Counted from the first letter of the stretch, positions 1 to 9,079 are shown. The stretch is DNA of 64,000 nt from an uncultured Thermodesulfobacteriota bacterium (GCA_964567185.1 CAZMKZ010000002.1:4466-68465), one strand, 5' to 3'. Program-made: numbers and translations. The notes: a model not told the origin generated them from the letters alone.

Positions 1-135
1 TGTAACCGGCTTGGCAACGGCAACTTTTGGATGCGCCCTTTTAGGCACAAAGTTATTCGTTTCATTTGAGCCGCAGGCCATCACGAAAAGTGGCAAGAGG
101 ATTATAAATAAAATTTTCAGATACCTGAAGGCCAT
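1..135 (-). CDS. pilP: Type IV pilus assembly lipoprotein PilP, N-terminal part (gene continues past the window start)
   Basis: Reverse-strand ATG at 135-133 overlaps the pilO stop (TAATG). Its translation, MAFRYLKILFIILLPLFVMACGS..., has a lipoprotein signal with a lipobox Cys, and it sits directly downstream of pilMNO. Confidence 0.6.
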   Translation of the reverse strand, partial: MAFRYLKILFIILLPLFVMACGSNETNNFVPKRAHPKVAVAKPVT

Positions 136-734
136 TATTTCTTCTCCGCCTTTTCAAGCGCCCCGGGGATAAACCTGAAGGTAGTCGCCACGAAGTCGGC
201 CTTCAGATCAGGCATGCGGTTCTTATGCCCCCGGGAGATGATATCCATGGATGTAAGGTTGACTATACGCGGAAGATTACCAACCTTTACGCTGAAGTCA
301 AAGAGGCTCTCGAAACGGCCCTCCACTGACATATTTATCGGCAGGTCCGCGTAAAAACCTTTATTTACCTCACGTGAGGGCCTGAAGAGCAATATCTTGA
401 GACCGCTCTTTTTCGCGGCGTTGCTCACCGCGTCAATAAGGTCGGGTATCTCCTTTTCATTTGGAAGGCGCGCCACGGCCTCGGCGAGCCTTGCCTCCAT
501 TTCCTTTTTTTCCTTGAGGTACCTCGGAAGATCTGAGGCCACCCGCCTGTTTTCCTCAAGCTTTGCAGAGAGCCTCTGCATATCTCCCCTGAGAGTCTTG
601 ACTTCTTCTCTCTCGGGCCCGGTGAAGAACCAGTAGATTCCGCCTCCGATGAAAAGATTTATAACCACGAGAATGGCTATCTTCTTTGGAAGGGATAACT
701 TTAATATGGAATCGAATTTGTCTCTGAGCGCCAT
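135..734 (-). CDS. pilO: Type IV pilus assembly protein PilO
   Basis: 199-aa ORF with one N-terminal TM helix and a coiled-coil region, in the conserved pilM-pilN-pilO position. Confidence 0.8.
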   Translation of the reverse strand: MALRDKFDSILKLSLPKKIAILVVINLFIGGGIYWFFTGPEREEVKTLRGDMQRLSAKLEENRRVASDLPRYLKEKKEMEARLAEAVARLPNEKEIPDLIDAVSNAAKKSGLKILLFRPSREVNKGFYADLPINMSVEGRFESLFDFSVKVGNLPRIVNLTSMDIISRGHKNRMPDLKADFVATTFRFIPGALEKAEKK

Positions 735-751
735 ATGCCTGTACCGGAAAT

Positions 752-1291
752 TTATTTTGCGAGATTTATAACGAACTTGACAACATCCGCGCCAGTCTCT
801 TTTTCCTTTATCCTCTGGACCACATCAAGCTCCACTGCGCCCACCTTCAGCTCTCTCTGAAGCCGTCTCATATACTCGGCCACAACCTCGTCGTTGTAGG
901 CGTAGCCGTTAAGCGTGACAACACGGCCCTGGTCCTTGAAGGCGGAGAGCCATGCCTTTTGCGGTATGGCATTGCTCACGATTCTGAAAAGCGTGGTAGG
1001 CCCGGTACGGGCGGCCTCAAGGCTGTTTATTACCCTGAGTTTCTCTTCCACCACCTTCTTCTGCTGTTTTATCCGGGAGAGCTCGCCTACCTTTCTCTTG
1101 AGCTGCACGAGCTCATCCTGCCCGCTCACTATATTATCCTTGAGCATGCCGGCCTCGCTCCTCACTATAAAAAAATAGGCCAGTGAAAGGCTTATTACAA
1201 ATATGGTCACCAACCCGGCTATGGTAAGCTGAAAACGTATGAACTCCTTCTTTTTAGCGGCCCTTACGGGCAGAAGATTTATACGAATCAT
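752..1291 (-). CDS. pilN: Type IV pilus assembly protein PilN
   Basis: 179 aa with a short cytoplasmic N-terminus (MIRINLLP), a TM helix and a periplasmic domain. It overlaps pilM by 4 nt. Confidence 0.85.
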   Translation of the reverse strand: MIRINLLPVRAAKKKEFIRFQLTIAGLVTIFVISLSLAYFFIVRSEAGMLKDNIVSGQDELVQLKRKVGELSRIKQQKKVVEEKLRVINSLEAARTGPTTLFRIVSNAIPQKAWLSAFKDQGRVVTLNGYAYNDEVVAEYMRRLQRELKVGAVELDVVQRIKEKETGADVVKFVINLAK

Positions 1292-2358
1292 CTGTCTCCG
1301 GGCCTCCTTATGCCAAGCCCCACGCCTACGCCGAAAAATAGCGAGAGGCCCTTAATCTCATCTTCGCTCATCTCACTTACGGCAAGGTCCACGTTCCTGA
1401 AGGGGTCTATGAATTCCACCGGTATAGCGGTCTTGTCCTGCATAAGCTCCTTCAGTCCCTTTATTTGCGAACCGCCTCCGGACATATATATCTTGTTCAC
1501 GTTGAGGTCATGGCCTCCGGCAAGAAAAAAGTCAAGTGATCTCTTTACATCCATAATGAGGTTATTCGTCACAAGGGCGATGGCGGGCGCTGTCTCGGCC
1601 TCTCTATCAGACTCGCCGCTACTTGTCTTCAGGGCCTCGGCCTCGGCAAAACTGACGCCGAGCACACGCTGAATCTCTTCTGTAAACTGGTTTCCGCCCA
1701 TGGGGATGGACCTCGTAAAGGCCGTAACGCCGTCCACTATAACGGTAAGACTCGTTATGCTCGCCCCTATGTTTACCACGGCTATCATCTCGCCGGATAC
1801 GACAGGGTAATTTATCTCCATCATATTCTCAAGGGCAAAGGCGTCCACGTCTATGACCACCGGGTTCAGCCCGGCCTCTCGGAGGACACTGGTATAATCG
1901 CTGATAACGTCCTTCTTGACGGCAACGAGCATGACGTCCATCTGCCCCCTGCCCTCTGTGTCTGCGCCGAGTATCTGAAAATCGAGGTTAACCTCTGTAA
2001 CGGGAAAGGGTATGTACTGCTCGGCCTCCCACTGTATGGACTCGGCAAGCTCGTCTTCGGTTGCCGCCGGAAAGGTAACCTTTTTTATGATTACATAATG
2101 GCCAGTCAGCGCGGAAACGGCCTGATTTGTCTTTATATTCTCTTCCTTCAGGAGCTCCTTTACCGTATTGATAACGGTCATGGAGTCTATTATGGAACCA
2201 TCCACGATAGCCTCGGGCGGCAATTTCTTCATGCCTATCTTCTGTATCTGCCAGCCCTGCTTGCCCATGACCATCTGAACAAGCTTTATGGAGCTTGAGC
2301 CTATGTCAAGGGCAACGGTTTCTTTTGAACCGAAGATACCTGAAAGGGACAATGCCAT
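1288..2358 (-). CDS. pilM: Type IV pilus assembly ATPase-like protein PilM
   Basis: 356-aa actin-like protein (VALDIGSSSIKLV), the first gene of the pilMNOP block. Confidence 0.9.
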   Translation of the reverse strand: MALSLSGIFGSKETVALDIGSSSIKLVQMVMGKQGWQIQKIGMKKLPPEAIVDGSIIDSMTVINTVKELLKEENIKTNQAVSALTGHYVIIKKVTFPAATEDELAESIQWEAEQYIPFPVTEVNLDFQILGADTEGRGQMDVMLVAVKKDVISDYTSVLREAGLNPVVIDVDAFALENMMEINYPVVSGEMIAVVNIGASITSLTVIVDGVTAFTRSIPMGGNQFTEEIQRVLGVSFAEAEALKTSSGESDREAETAPAIALVTNNLIMDVKRSLDFFLAGGHDLNVNKIYMSGGGSQIKGLKELMQDKTAIPVEFIDPFRNVDLAVSEMSEDEIKGLSLFFGVGVGLGIRRPGDR

Positions 2359-2369
2359 TGGTTATCGCC

Positions 2370-2567
2370 TCACGTCTTGAAGACCTTATCCTTCTCGGAT
2401 ATATTGAGCCCCAGGGCCTTTATTATCTTACGCTTCGTATCGAGCCTGCAGGGAAAACCCTTTTCAATCCTGTCTATGGTCAGCGTCGATAGTCCCGCCT
2501 TTCTCGCAAGCTCAGTCTTGCTTAAAAGGATACGTTCTCTATACTCTTTTAATGTATTTTTCGACAT
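2370..2567 (-). CDS. XRE-family helix-turn-helix transcriptional regulator, 65 aa
   Basis: HTH_3 signature LSKTELARKAGLSTLTIDRIEKG. It lies 12 nt upstream of pilM on the same strand. Confidence 0.75.
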   Translation of the reverse strand: MSKNTLKEYRERILLSKTELARKAGLSTLTIDRIEKGFPCRLDTKRKIIKALGLNISEKDKVFKT

Positions 2568-2635
2568 AACTCAAGCACCTAAGTCACATGGCGGGATTTG
2601 CATGGCCCTCTTCATAATATGCCATGTCAGTGATA

Positions 2636-2664
2636 TTTTTATTGCATTTTAACTTAATTGTCAA
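2636..2664 (-). promoter_or_regulatory. Putative sigma70 promoter for the XRE gene and possibly pilMNOP
   Basis: The minus strand carries a perfect TTGACA at 2664-2659, a 17-18 nt spacer, and TAAAAAT. Confidence 0.4.
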
Positions 2665-2687
2665 CAGTTCTTTTAACTTAAAGCGAA

Positions 2688-2717
2688 TTATACGTAATTA
2701 TGTATAATTACGTATAA
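2688..2717. promoter_or_regulatory. Perfect 13-4-13 AT-rich palindrome, a candidate operator
   Basis: TTATACGTAATTA-tgta-TAATTACGTATAA. It contains TGTATAAT and lies about 25 bp upstream of the predicted -35, between the pilX-like stop and the XRE gene. Confidence 0.5.
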
Positions 2718-2824
2718 AAAAACCCTCTTTCTTATCTCCTCAGATGCCATGCTTCAGGTGATTTATCAGGGGTCAATGCGCTTATTTTTCTTCAACTCAA
2801 TGTTTCCTTTTCATCCGGGTCTCT

Positions 2825-2847
2825 CCCCGCCGGCCTTGCCGGCGGGG
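2825..2847 (-). terminator. GC-rich stem-loop, a possible terminator of the minor-pilin operon
   Basis: A 10-bp perfect stem (ccccgccggc / gccggcgggg) with a 3-nt loop, about 50 nt downstream of the pilX-like stop. It has no clear U-tract. Confidence 0.3.
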
Positions 2848-2895
2848 AGGTTCCGGCATCTTATGCATATATGAGAAAGGGCGAAGCCTCTACTC

Positions 2896-4575
2896 TCAAC
2901 TTAGCTCCCTCCATTCCCTTCTCTCAATGGTCATGGTTCCGTAGTCCTGCCACCCCTGCGGCAGGTTCGTAACTGGTGTGTAGGTAAAGTTGGCGCTGGT
3001 ATTGCCGTCTCCGCCTACGTCAAGCTCACCGGGCTCTTCCGCCTCATTGCCGACAAGAAGGGTACCGTTCATGTTGAAGGTGGCCATTGTATTTGCTCCA
3101 TGGTCGTGTTCGGCCTCCACCTCCATCTCTTCGGTGGCTATTACTACGGCGCCGTTGACGGCGGTGCCCACGTTCACGTTAATGTCGCTGTACTCGGCCT
3201 TTATTTTTACTTCCTGGGCCACTAGGGCAAGGCTGTTGGCGGGCTTGAAGTTCATGGTGCCGGCCCCGCCCACTATCTCAAACTCGCCGGCCGGCTGGGA
3301 GTTGTTGGCCGCAGTGCCCACAAGTATGCTGGCCGTTATGTCCACCGAGGCATTGGAATCCGCTGGGCCAAAGAATTTAAAGTCATCCTGCGGGTCTATG
3401 ATGTTGACAACGCTGCTCGTGTAACCCGCGCCCGTGGGGTTGGTGTAGCTGTTGAACTGGTTGGCGTTCATGAAGGGCTCATCATCCTTGAGCTCGTCGG
3501 TACTAAAGGAGTAGGAACCTGACGTGCCCGAGCATGAGCCGATTACACCGTTCCAGTTCGGGTCCGTGCACCAGTAGACCGTATGGTTATAGGTCCCGTG
3601 ATGGTCATGATGATGGTCGCCGTTACAGGTGGTGCATACGGCCTGCACCGTGGCCTGCACCGTATAACTCGTTCCCATGGTGGTTATGGCGTAGTTTATG
3701 GGCCACTGCGTGCAGTTGGACCCGCAATCCGATGTGCTTCCCACCGCGGGCGTCATCATGAAGACCTGCTGATCCGCGAAGTTGGCCTGATTCTGATAGA
3801 AGGCAAAGTCAAGGACCGGCGGCACTACCACGGCGGCCGCGTCGTCACAGGACTGGAATTTGCCGCTGTTGCAGTTCGGCGTGATTTTTTTGTTGGATTG
3901 GGCCAGGGCCGCGCCAAGGTCGAAGTTGCCCTGAAGGGCAATCTCATTGCCGCCGTACATCTTGCCCGTGAATTTGCCGGGGTTGGAGCCTACGCCTTCA
4001 CCCTCGATACTGCCGTTACTGAATGCGGCGTAATCAAAGGCCGTTATGGCGTTTCTTACGATAAGGCCCGCCTTCCGCGTAACACCGTTCACGCTTCCAG
4101 TTGCCTCTACAAGAACGTCATTGGGGCCAAGGGTGGTATACTTATCGGGACGCGTGGAGTTAACACCCCTCCCGTAAGACCCGTTGGCGTCATAGACCTG
4201 TATGGCATAGGAGCCGTTAACAGCGCCCATGGCTATGGTGCCCTGTGTCTGGGCGGCCCACTGTGCGGCGTCGTCGGCGAGATTGCCGTCCTTGTTAAGA
4301 TCAGGGGCCCAGTCCGGGTCGTTTCTTATGTAGTTAATGGCGTTGCTCATGCCTGCCTCTGCCGTATTAAGGGCCTGCATGGACCTTGTTACATTACCGG
4401 CCACCTTCACATCCGTTGTGGAGGTGGTGATAATGGCCGCGCCGATAACGGCCATTATGCCCATTATCATCAGGGTTATGGCAAGGACCACACCCCTCTC
4501 GTCGCCGAGAAACCCGGCTATGGATATGCCGGCCTTTCTTTTTTTATGCTCTCTAACAGTTCTCATCATTATCAC
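2896..4575 (-). CDS. pilX: Giant PilX-like T4P minor pilin, 559 aa, with a Cys-flanked His-rich cluster
   Basis: The N-terminus matches the PilX_N pattern (hydrophobic segment, then AGN and AEAG). The long Thr/Ser/Gly-rich C-terminal extension includes CTTCNGDHHHDHHGTYNHTVYWC. Confidence 0.65.
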   Translation of the reverse strand: MIMMRTVREHKKRKAGISIAGFLGDERGVVLAITLMIMGIMAVIGAAIITTSTTDVKVAGNVTRSMQALNTAEAGMSNAINYIRNDPDWAPDLNKDGNLADDAAQWAAQTQGTIAMGAVNGSYAIQVYDANGSYGRGVNSTRPDKYTTLGPNDVLVEATGSVNGVTRKAGLIVRNAITAFDYAAFSNGSIEGEGVGSNPGKFTGKMYGGNEIALQGNFDLGAALAQSNKKITPNCNSGKFQSCDDAAAVVVPPVLDFAFYQNQANFADQQVFMMTPAVGSTSDCGSNCTQWPINYAITTMGTSYTVQATVQAVCTTCNGDHHHDHHGTYNHTVYWCTDPNWNGVIGSCSGTSGSYSFSTDELKDDEPFMNANQFNSYTNPTGAGYTSSVVNIIDPQDDFKFFGPADSNASVDITASILVGTAANNSQPAGEFEIVGGAGTMNFKPANSLALVAQEVKIKAEYSDINVNVGTAVNGAVVIATEEMEVEAEHDHGANTMATFNMNGTLLVGNEAEEPGELDVGGDGNTSANFTYTPVTNLPQGWQDYGTMTIERREWRELS

Positions 4576-4620
4576 CTCTTCTTATGGTTACTCGTTCAAA
4601 AAAATCCATGGCTGCGTTAA

Positions 4621-7600
4621 TCAGTTACAGCTCGTAGTTGACTGGGTGGTATTCTTATCAATGCCCGTAATACCGCAGTTTGCGTCCGTAAAGGCGCTCC
4701 TTGAAGCCGTGAGGCTCACGTTGATGGTCTTGTCATGATAGAGCTGGCCGGCGGCATATGTATATGTGCCGGGGTTCTGGCTGTCCTCCACCATTGTGCC
4801 GGTCTCCACCGTAGCGGCAGGCAGGCCCGTTATCACCGCCGATATCTTGGCCCCTGAGACAGGTAGCGAGTTTTCATCGGTAAGCACCACGGTGAGGCTC
4901 ACATTCTGGCCGCCGCTTCCGGTCCTGTCAACGGTCATGGCCTCCTTGAACCTCGAGTCCTGGTCATATGTATAGATACCCACGGAGGGCTCGGGCTGGA
5001 TATCATAATTGGCGTTGCTGTCCGTCATCATTACGTAATACCAGACCCTCTTGCCCGTGAGGGTTGGGATATGACTTGATGTGCAGGCCCCTGAAGAGGC
5101 CGTCTCATATGTATTTGTACTGCCCACCTGGCACATGGTAACGGCATTCCACCCTGAGGGAGTCGAGGAATAATCCGTAGCCGGAGCGGAAAAAGTAGTC
5201 TTATCCGTTGTGCTGTAGTAGAGCGTAGCCCCGGTTACAGCTATGCCGGTATCAGGGCTCACCGTGTCCTCAACGCTCACGTCATAGGATGTCCATGTGT
5301 AATTAGGGTCCTGGGTCCCCGTCTCCACGGTTACGTTCGCCGGGTTCACATTGGATATAGTGGGTGTTACGGGCCTGTCCTGCACGCTACCCGTTATGGT
5401 GGGTCCTACGGTCACGGGCACGGTAAAGGTGCTCGAATTGCAGGCCGCGCCGTCAAGGTCATTTGTATAGTTAAGGGTTACTATTATATTTTCGGAGCGC
5501 ATGTCCACGTAACCGGTCCCCGCGGAATCCCTGAAGTCGAGGGTGAACTCGTTGAGGCCCGTCGAGCCGTTAAGCCTCCTCAGCGAGGCCGTGGGCTCAA
5601 AGGTGGCAAAATCAACTACAAAGCCCGATGCCACGTCCGTATTGTTCCAGAGCGTATTGGCGCTGCCGCCAAAGGGTTTTAATACTACCTTGTGGAGCTT
5701 TGCCGTAGCATTGGCCCAGACAAAGGTAGCCGAGTTTATGGTAACAGAGCTATTTCCCGTGTTCTGTATCCCAATGGTTACCACGTTGTGCTGACCGCCG
5801 TTCAGCGGCGGGCTCACCGTGCCCGAAGTTACTACGGTGATAGCGGGATCCCAGGTTATGTTTGTGGGCATGACCGTCACCTCGGGGGAACTTGCGACGC
5901 TCTCATTAAGGGCGCAGTCAAGGGCCTTCACCGTGTAATAATAGGTGGTGCCCGCCGTTACCGTACTGTCGGCGTAACTCGTTGCCGTTACAGGCATGGA
6001 GTTGATCTTGGTATAAGGGCCGCCCGAAGTTGTGGCCCTGTACACATAGTACCCCACCACGTCGTTCTCCGAGGCTGGATTGAAGAGGTTTCCGTTCTCA
6101 CTGCCCGCAGAGGCCGTCCAGTTAACCGTGGACGTTGAGCACGTGGCCGTGGTAAGACTCGCCGGCGCCGATGGCGGCCCATAGTGCTTGGAGCCGGGCG
6201 AGCCGTCGCCGCAGGGGGCGGCCGTGGCCAGAGACGTGGCCCCTGCGCTGAAGTTTCCGCACCTGTCGTAGGCAAAGGCCCTGTAGTAATAGGTAGTGCC
6301 GAGGTATATCCCGTACGTATCTATAAGGGGATAGGTCTGCGCGGGAACAAGGGGCTCATAGTCCTTTACGTTGTTTGGTCCCACGGCGCCGGAGTCCTGC
6401 GCGCTCACGGGATACTGGTCCGTTCTTCGCAGTATCCTCACACCCTTGAGATCCGTGTCCGTGGGCGTTGCGTCGCTCATATATATCTTGTCCGAGGCCG
6501 GAACCGCAAGAAAGGGCGTGGGGTCGGCAGGCGGCACGGTCTCAAAGGGGCTCGTATTTGTCAGGCCGCTTGTGGGCGTGTCCGTGCCGCTCTTGGAACC
6601 ATCACCATAAACACCGCTCTGCATTGACAAGTTCTTTTCATTACCGGCGCAATCCCAGGAAAGAACCCTGTATATGAAGGGATAGGAAGGACAATTCGTT
6701 ACGGTAATATCGGCGTAGGTCAGGTGAGTGGAATCCAGCTCCGCCACCTGCGCGTATGTATCCCCGCCGTCATCGCTCCTGTAGACATGGTAGCCGCCCG
6801 TGTCTACGGAGACGCTGGGGTCCCAGGTCAGGGTCACAAGGCCGTCGCCGGCCGTGGCGTCAGTATTCGTCGGCAAATCAGGGCTCGTAACGTCATTTGG
6901 CTTTGTGTCCGCGGTTCCGCCCGTACCCGATATGGGCGTGGTAAAGGAGGTGTTCACATTGCCCGATGTGTCGTAACACTTCATGGCTATGTCATATTGA
7001 GTGCCGTTGGTAAGGCCCGTAAGGGTATAGGACTCCGTGGACCCGCCCGGAATATCTATAAGGCCCGTATAAAAACCCGCTCCAGTCGGCTTGTAATACA
7101 CCTTGTACCCCGCGGCGTCGGAGCTTGAGCTCTTTGTCCACGCCAGGTTAAGCCTGCCGCAGAGACCCGGGTCTGTTGACTGAATATTGGTGGGAAGGGC
7201 GCACTCCGTAACGTCCGTGGATTGCTGTATCCCCATGCACCTTAGCGAAACACTTGTTTCGAGGTTTACGGTATCTATCTTGTTGGTAGCTGGGTTGGGG
7301 TACTCCGTGGAGGCCGTAAGGGCTATGCCCACCCTGCGTATCCTGTCCCTGTTGGCCTGCGACTGTATGGGGGCCGGGATAAGCGCGCCCGTTTCGTCGT
7401 AATAGGTAAACTGAAGCCCCGTGATGTTGCCAGCAAGGTCAACGCCTGTGCCGTAGGCCCCGTAGCTGCTGCCGCTCCATACGGCGGAACTCCTCATTAA
7501 CTCTTTTGCCGCCGCGTCAAGCTCGTACTTTATCTTCCATGGTCCCAGATTGGGGTCAGGGTCCGAGTCGGACTCGAACTCAAGGACAGTGGAGTCGGCT

Positions 7601-7839
7601 GTGTTAATGGGCGTGTCCTTGTAATAACACCCGGCGGCACGCACCTCTTTGACCACCTTCTCCATGGTTATCCTGGTCTCCTGCTGTATCTCAAGGAGCC
7701 TGTCCTGACCCGTGGAGGCTCGCAAAAAATAATTATAAAGCGAGTAAACCGCCCCTATGACGGCCACGCCTATGGCCATGGCCACGAGAAGCTCTACAAG
7801 GGTGAAGCCTTTATCTCTTTTTAAAAGACGTATGTTCAT
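4621..7839 (-). CDS. pilW: Giant PilW-like T4P minor pilin, 1072 aa, with FN3-like repeats
   Basis: The N-terminus KGFTLVELLVAMAIGVAVIG is a prepilin cleavage/methylation motif followed by PilW-like sequence. Downstream are at least three FN3-like modules and many Cys pairs. Confidence 0.7.
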   Translation of the reverse strand: MNIRLLKRDKGFTLVELLVAMAIGVAVIGAVYSLYNYFLRASTGQDRLLEIQQETRITMEKVVKEVRAAGCYYKDTPINTADSTVLEFESDSDPDPNLGPWKIKYELDAAAKELMRSSAVWSGSSYGAYGTGVDLAGNITGLQFTYYDETGALIPAPIQSQANRDRIRRVGIALTASTEYPNPATNKIDTVNLETSVSLRCMGIQQSTDVTECALPTNIQSTDPGLCGRLNLAWTKSSSSDAAGYKVYYKPTGAGFYTGLIDIPGGSTESYTLTGLTNGTQYDIAMKCYDTSGNVNTSFTTPISGTGGTADTKPNDVTSPDLPTNTDATAGDGLVTLTWDPSVSVDTGGYHVYRSDDGGDTYAQVAELDSTHLTYADITVTNCPSYPFIYRVLSWDCAGNEKNLSMQSGVYGDGSKSGTDTPTSGLTNTSPFETVPPADPTPFLAVPASDKIYMSDATPTDTDLKGVRILRRTDQYPVSAQDSGAVGPNNVKDYEPLVPAQTYPLIDTYGIYLGTTYYYRAFAYDRCGNFSAGATSLATAAPCGDGSPGSKHYGPPSAPASLTTATCSTSTVNWTASAGSENGNLFNPASENDVVGYYVYRATTSGGPYTKINSMPVTATSYADSTVTAGTTYYYTVKALDCALNESVASSPEVTVMPTNITWDPAITVVTSGTVSPPLNGGQHNVVTIGIQNTGNSSVTINSATFVWANATAKLHKVVLKPFGGSANTLWNNTDVASGFVVDFATFEPTASLRRLNGSTGLNEFTLDFRDSAGTGYVDMRSENIIVTLNYTNDLDGAACNSSTFTVPVTVGPTITGSVQDRPVTPTISNVNPANVTVETGTQDPNYTWTSYDVSVEDTVSPDTGIAVTGATLYYSTTDKTTFSAPATDYSSTPSGWNAVTMCQVGSTNTYETASSGACTSSHIPTLTGKRVWYYVMMTDSNANYDIQPEPSVGIYTYDQDSRFKEAMTVDRTGSGGQNVSLTVVLTDENSLPVSGAKISAVITGLPAATVETGTMVEDSQNPGTYTYAAGQLYHDKTINVSLTASRSAFTDANCGITGIDKNTTQSTTSCN

Positions 7840-7841
7840 CT

Positions 7842-8288
7842 CTATCTCGCTATGTAGGTCCTGAATATGGTATTGTGCGACCCTACGGCGTCATTCCATA
7901 CCACCTTTACGGCAATGTCCTTGGCGTTTACGGGAAGGGCGCTATTGGTTATATAGGTCTCTCTCCTGAAAGAGGCGTGCCCCGCGATAGTGCCGAAGTC
8001 CTCTACCTGGTCCGGATTCACGCCGGCCAGGGGGTCGCTTGCCGCCACGGAGTCTACCACGCTGTCAAAGTTCAGCGCCGCGGTGCGCTCTATGCTCTCT
8101 ATGGTCTCACGTGCGAGGTTGGCGGCCTCAGTGGCGCGCCGTCCGTAATCCGTACTCCTTATAGTGCTCGTCATAAGCCCTGAGAGCGTTATAAGGGCCA
8201 CGCTTAGGATTACTATGCTTATCATTACCTCTATGAGCGTAAAGCCTTCTTCTCCTGAAACAGCTTTTTCTTTCATTAGTTTCACCAT
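7842..8288 (-). CDS. pilV: Type IV pilus minor pilin PilV
   Basis: EEGFTLIEVMISIVILSVALITLSGL, a class III signal followed by the PilV-type hydrophobic segment. 148 aa. Confidence 0.75.
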   Translation of the reverse strand: MVKLMKEKAVSGEEGFTLIEVMISIVILSVALITLSGLMTSTIRSTDYGRRATEAANLARETIESIERTAALNFDSVVDSVAASDPLAGVNPDQVEDFGTIAGHASFRRETYITNSALPVNAKDIAVKVVWNDAVGSHNTIFRTYIAR

Positions 8289-8905
8289 GCCGTTAATATC
8301 TTCACGCGGCCGCTTGCCGATGATACGGTAACCTTGTACTTGTCCGCGCTGTTGGCAGAGCCGTTCAGCTTTATCTCGGCAAGGGTGGCCGAGCCAAAGG
8401 GGTCAAAGGCAATTACCGCCGTGGTTCCGGTAGTATATGTAACTCCCCCTACGGTGACGCTGAATATATTCACTCCAGCCTCAAGGTCTTTTGCCGCTAT
8501 CTGCGGGTCCGCTGTCCATGGGTCCGTATCAGCGGCCCTTGTTACTACAAGATACCTCTTCGGAGCGGCGTCAAGGTCAAAACGCACGCCATACTTCTGC
8601 GTTGAGTTCACCGCCTTGCTCCTTGCGTACTGGAGCATGGAAAAGATATCCCTTGATGTGCTCTTGAGTTTCATATGGGGAAAGGTGGACGTCAAGAATG
8701 TAGGCGCGGCTATGGCGATGAGGGTGCCGAATATGGCCAGGACCACGAGTATCTCAACGAGGCTGAAGCCTCTCTGTGCCTTTTTCCCCCACCGGCGCGC
8801 CCTTCCGGAGCACCTGAGGGACAAAATCCCCATGAGGCCGAAAGCCCCTTGCAGGGGCGCCGCCGGAATACCGGCCTGTCTTCTGTTATCAACTGAACTC
8901 TTCAT
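8282..8905 (-). CDS. FimT/GspH-like T4P minor pilin with an unusually long (about 45 aa) leader
   Basis: QRGFSLVEILVVLAIFGTLIAIA pilin motif. A strong SD (AAGGAG) sits 7 nt before the ATG at 8905. An alternative internal start at MGILSL cannot be excluded. Confidence 0.65.
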   Translation of the reverse strand: MKSSVDNRRQAGIPAAPLQGAFGLMGILSLRCSGRARRWGKKAQRGFSLVEILVVLAIFGTLIAIAAPTFLTSTFPHMKLKSTSRDIFSMLQYARSKAVNSTQKYGVRFDLDAAPKRYLVVTRAADTDPWTADPQIAAKDLEAGVNIFSVTVGGVTYTTGTTAVIAFDPFGSATLAEIKLNGSANSADKYKVTVSSASGRVKILTAW

Positions 8906-8947
8906 AAAATACTCCTTACCATGGGTATATTCCCGTCATATAAACAA

Positions 8948-8962
8948 GCAACACCTGTGCCA
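8948..8962 (-). promoter_or_regulatory. sigma54 (RpoN) -24/-12 promoter for the minor-pilin operon
   Basis: The minus strand reads TGGCAC-AGGTG-TTGC, an exact consensus with 5-nt spacing. The predicted TSS near 8937 is about 30 nt upstream of the 8905 start. Confidence 0.75.
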
Positions 8963-8971
8963 AAGCATAAC

Positions 8972-9017
8972 CAACTGAAAAAAAAAGAGTTTTCCCCCAT
9001 GAGAGAGGGGAAAACTC
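8972..9017 (-). terminator. Rho-independent terminator of pilS-pilR
   Basis: An 11-bp perfect stem (gagttttcccc / ggggaaaactc) with a 9-nt loop, followed on the minus strand by nine Ts. It lies just downstream of the pilR stop. Confidence 0.8.
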
Positions 9018-9079
9018 CGCAAAGTTTTCACAAGTTGATTACTTTTTATATGAATGCGCCCCCTTTTCAGGAGGCCATC

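Noticed and set aside
3583-4620. 345-aa plus-strand ORF antisense to the PilX-like gene, and similar long antisense ORFs at 9296-10333, 13389-14645, 15770-17068 and 27785-28891
   Set aside because: They are fully nested antisense to well-supported genes (pilX-like, pilR, argJ, secA, dapL). Their translations are low-complexity and Arg/Gly/Pro/His-rich, typical of GC-driven spurious ORFs, and they have no RBS or family resemblance.
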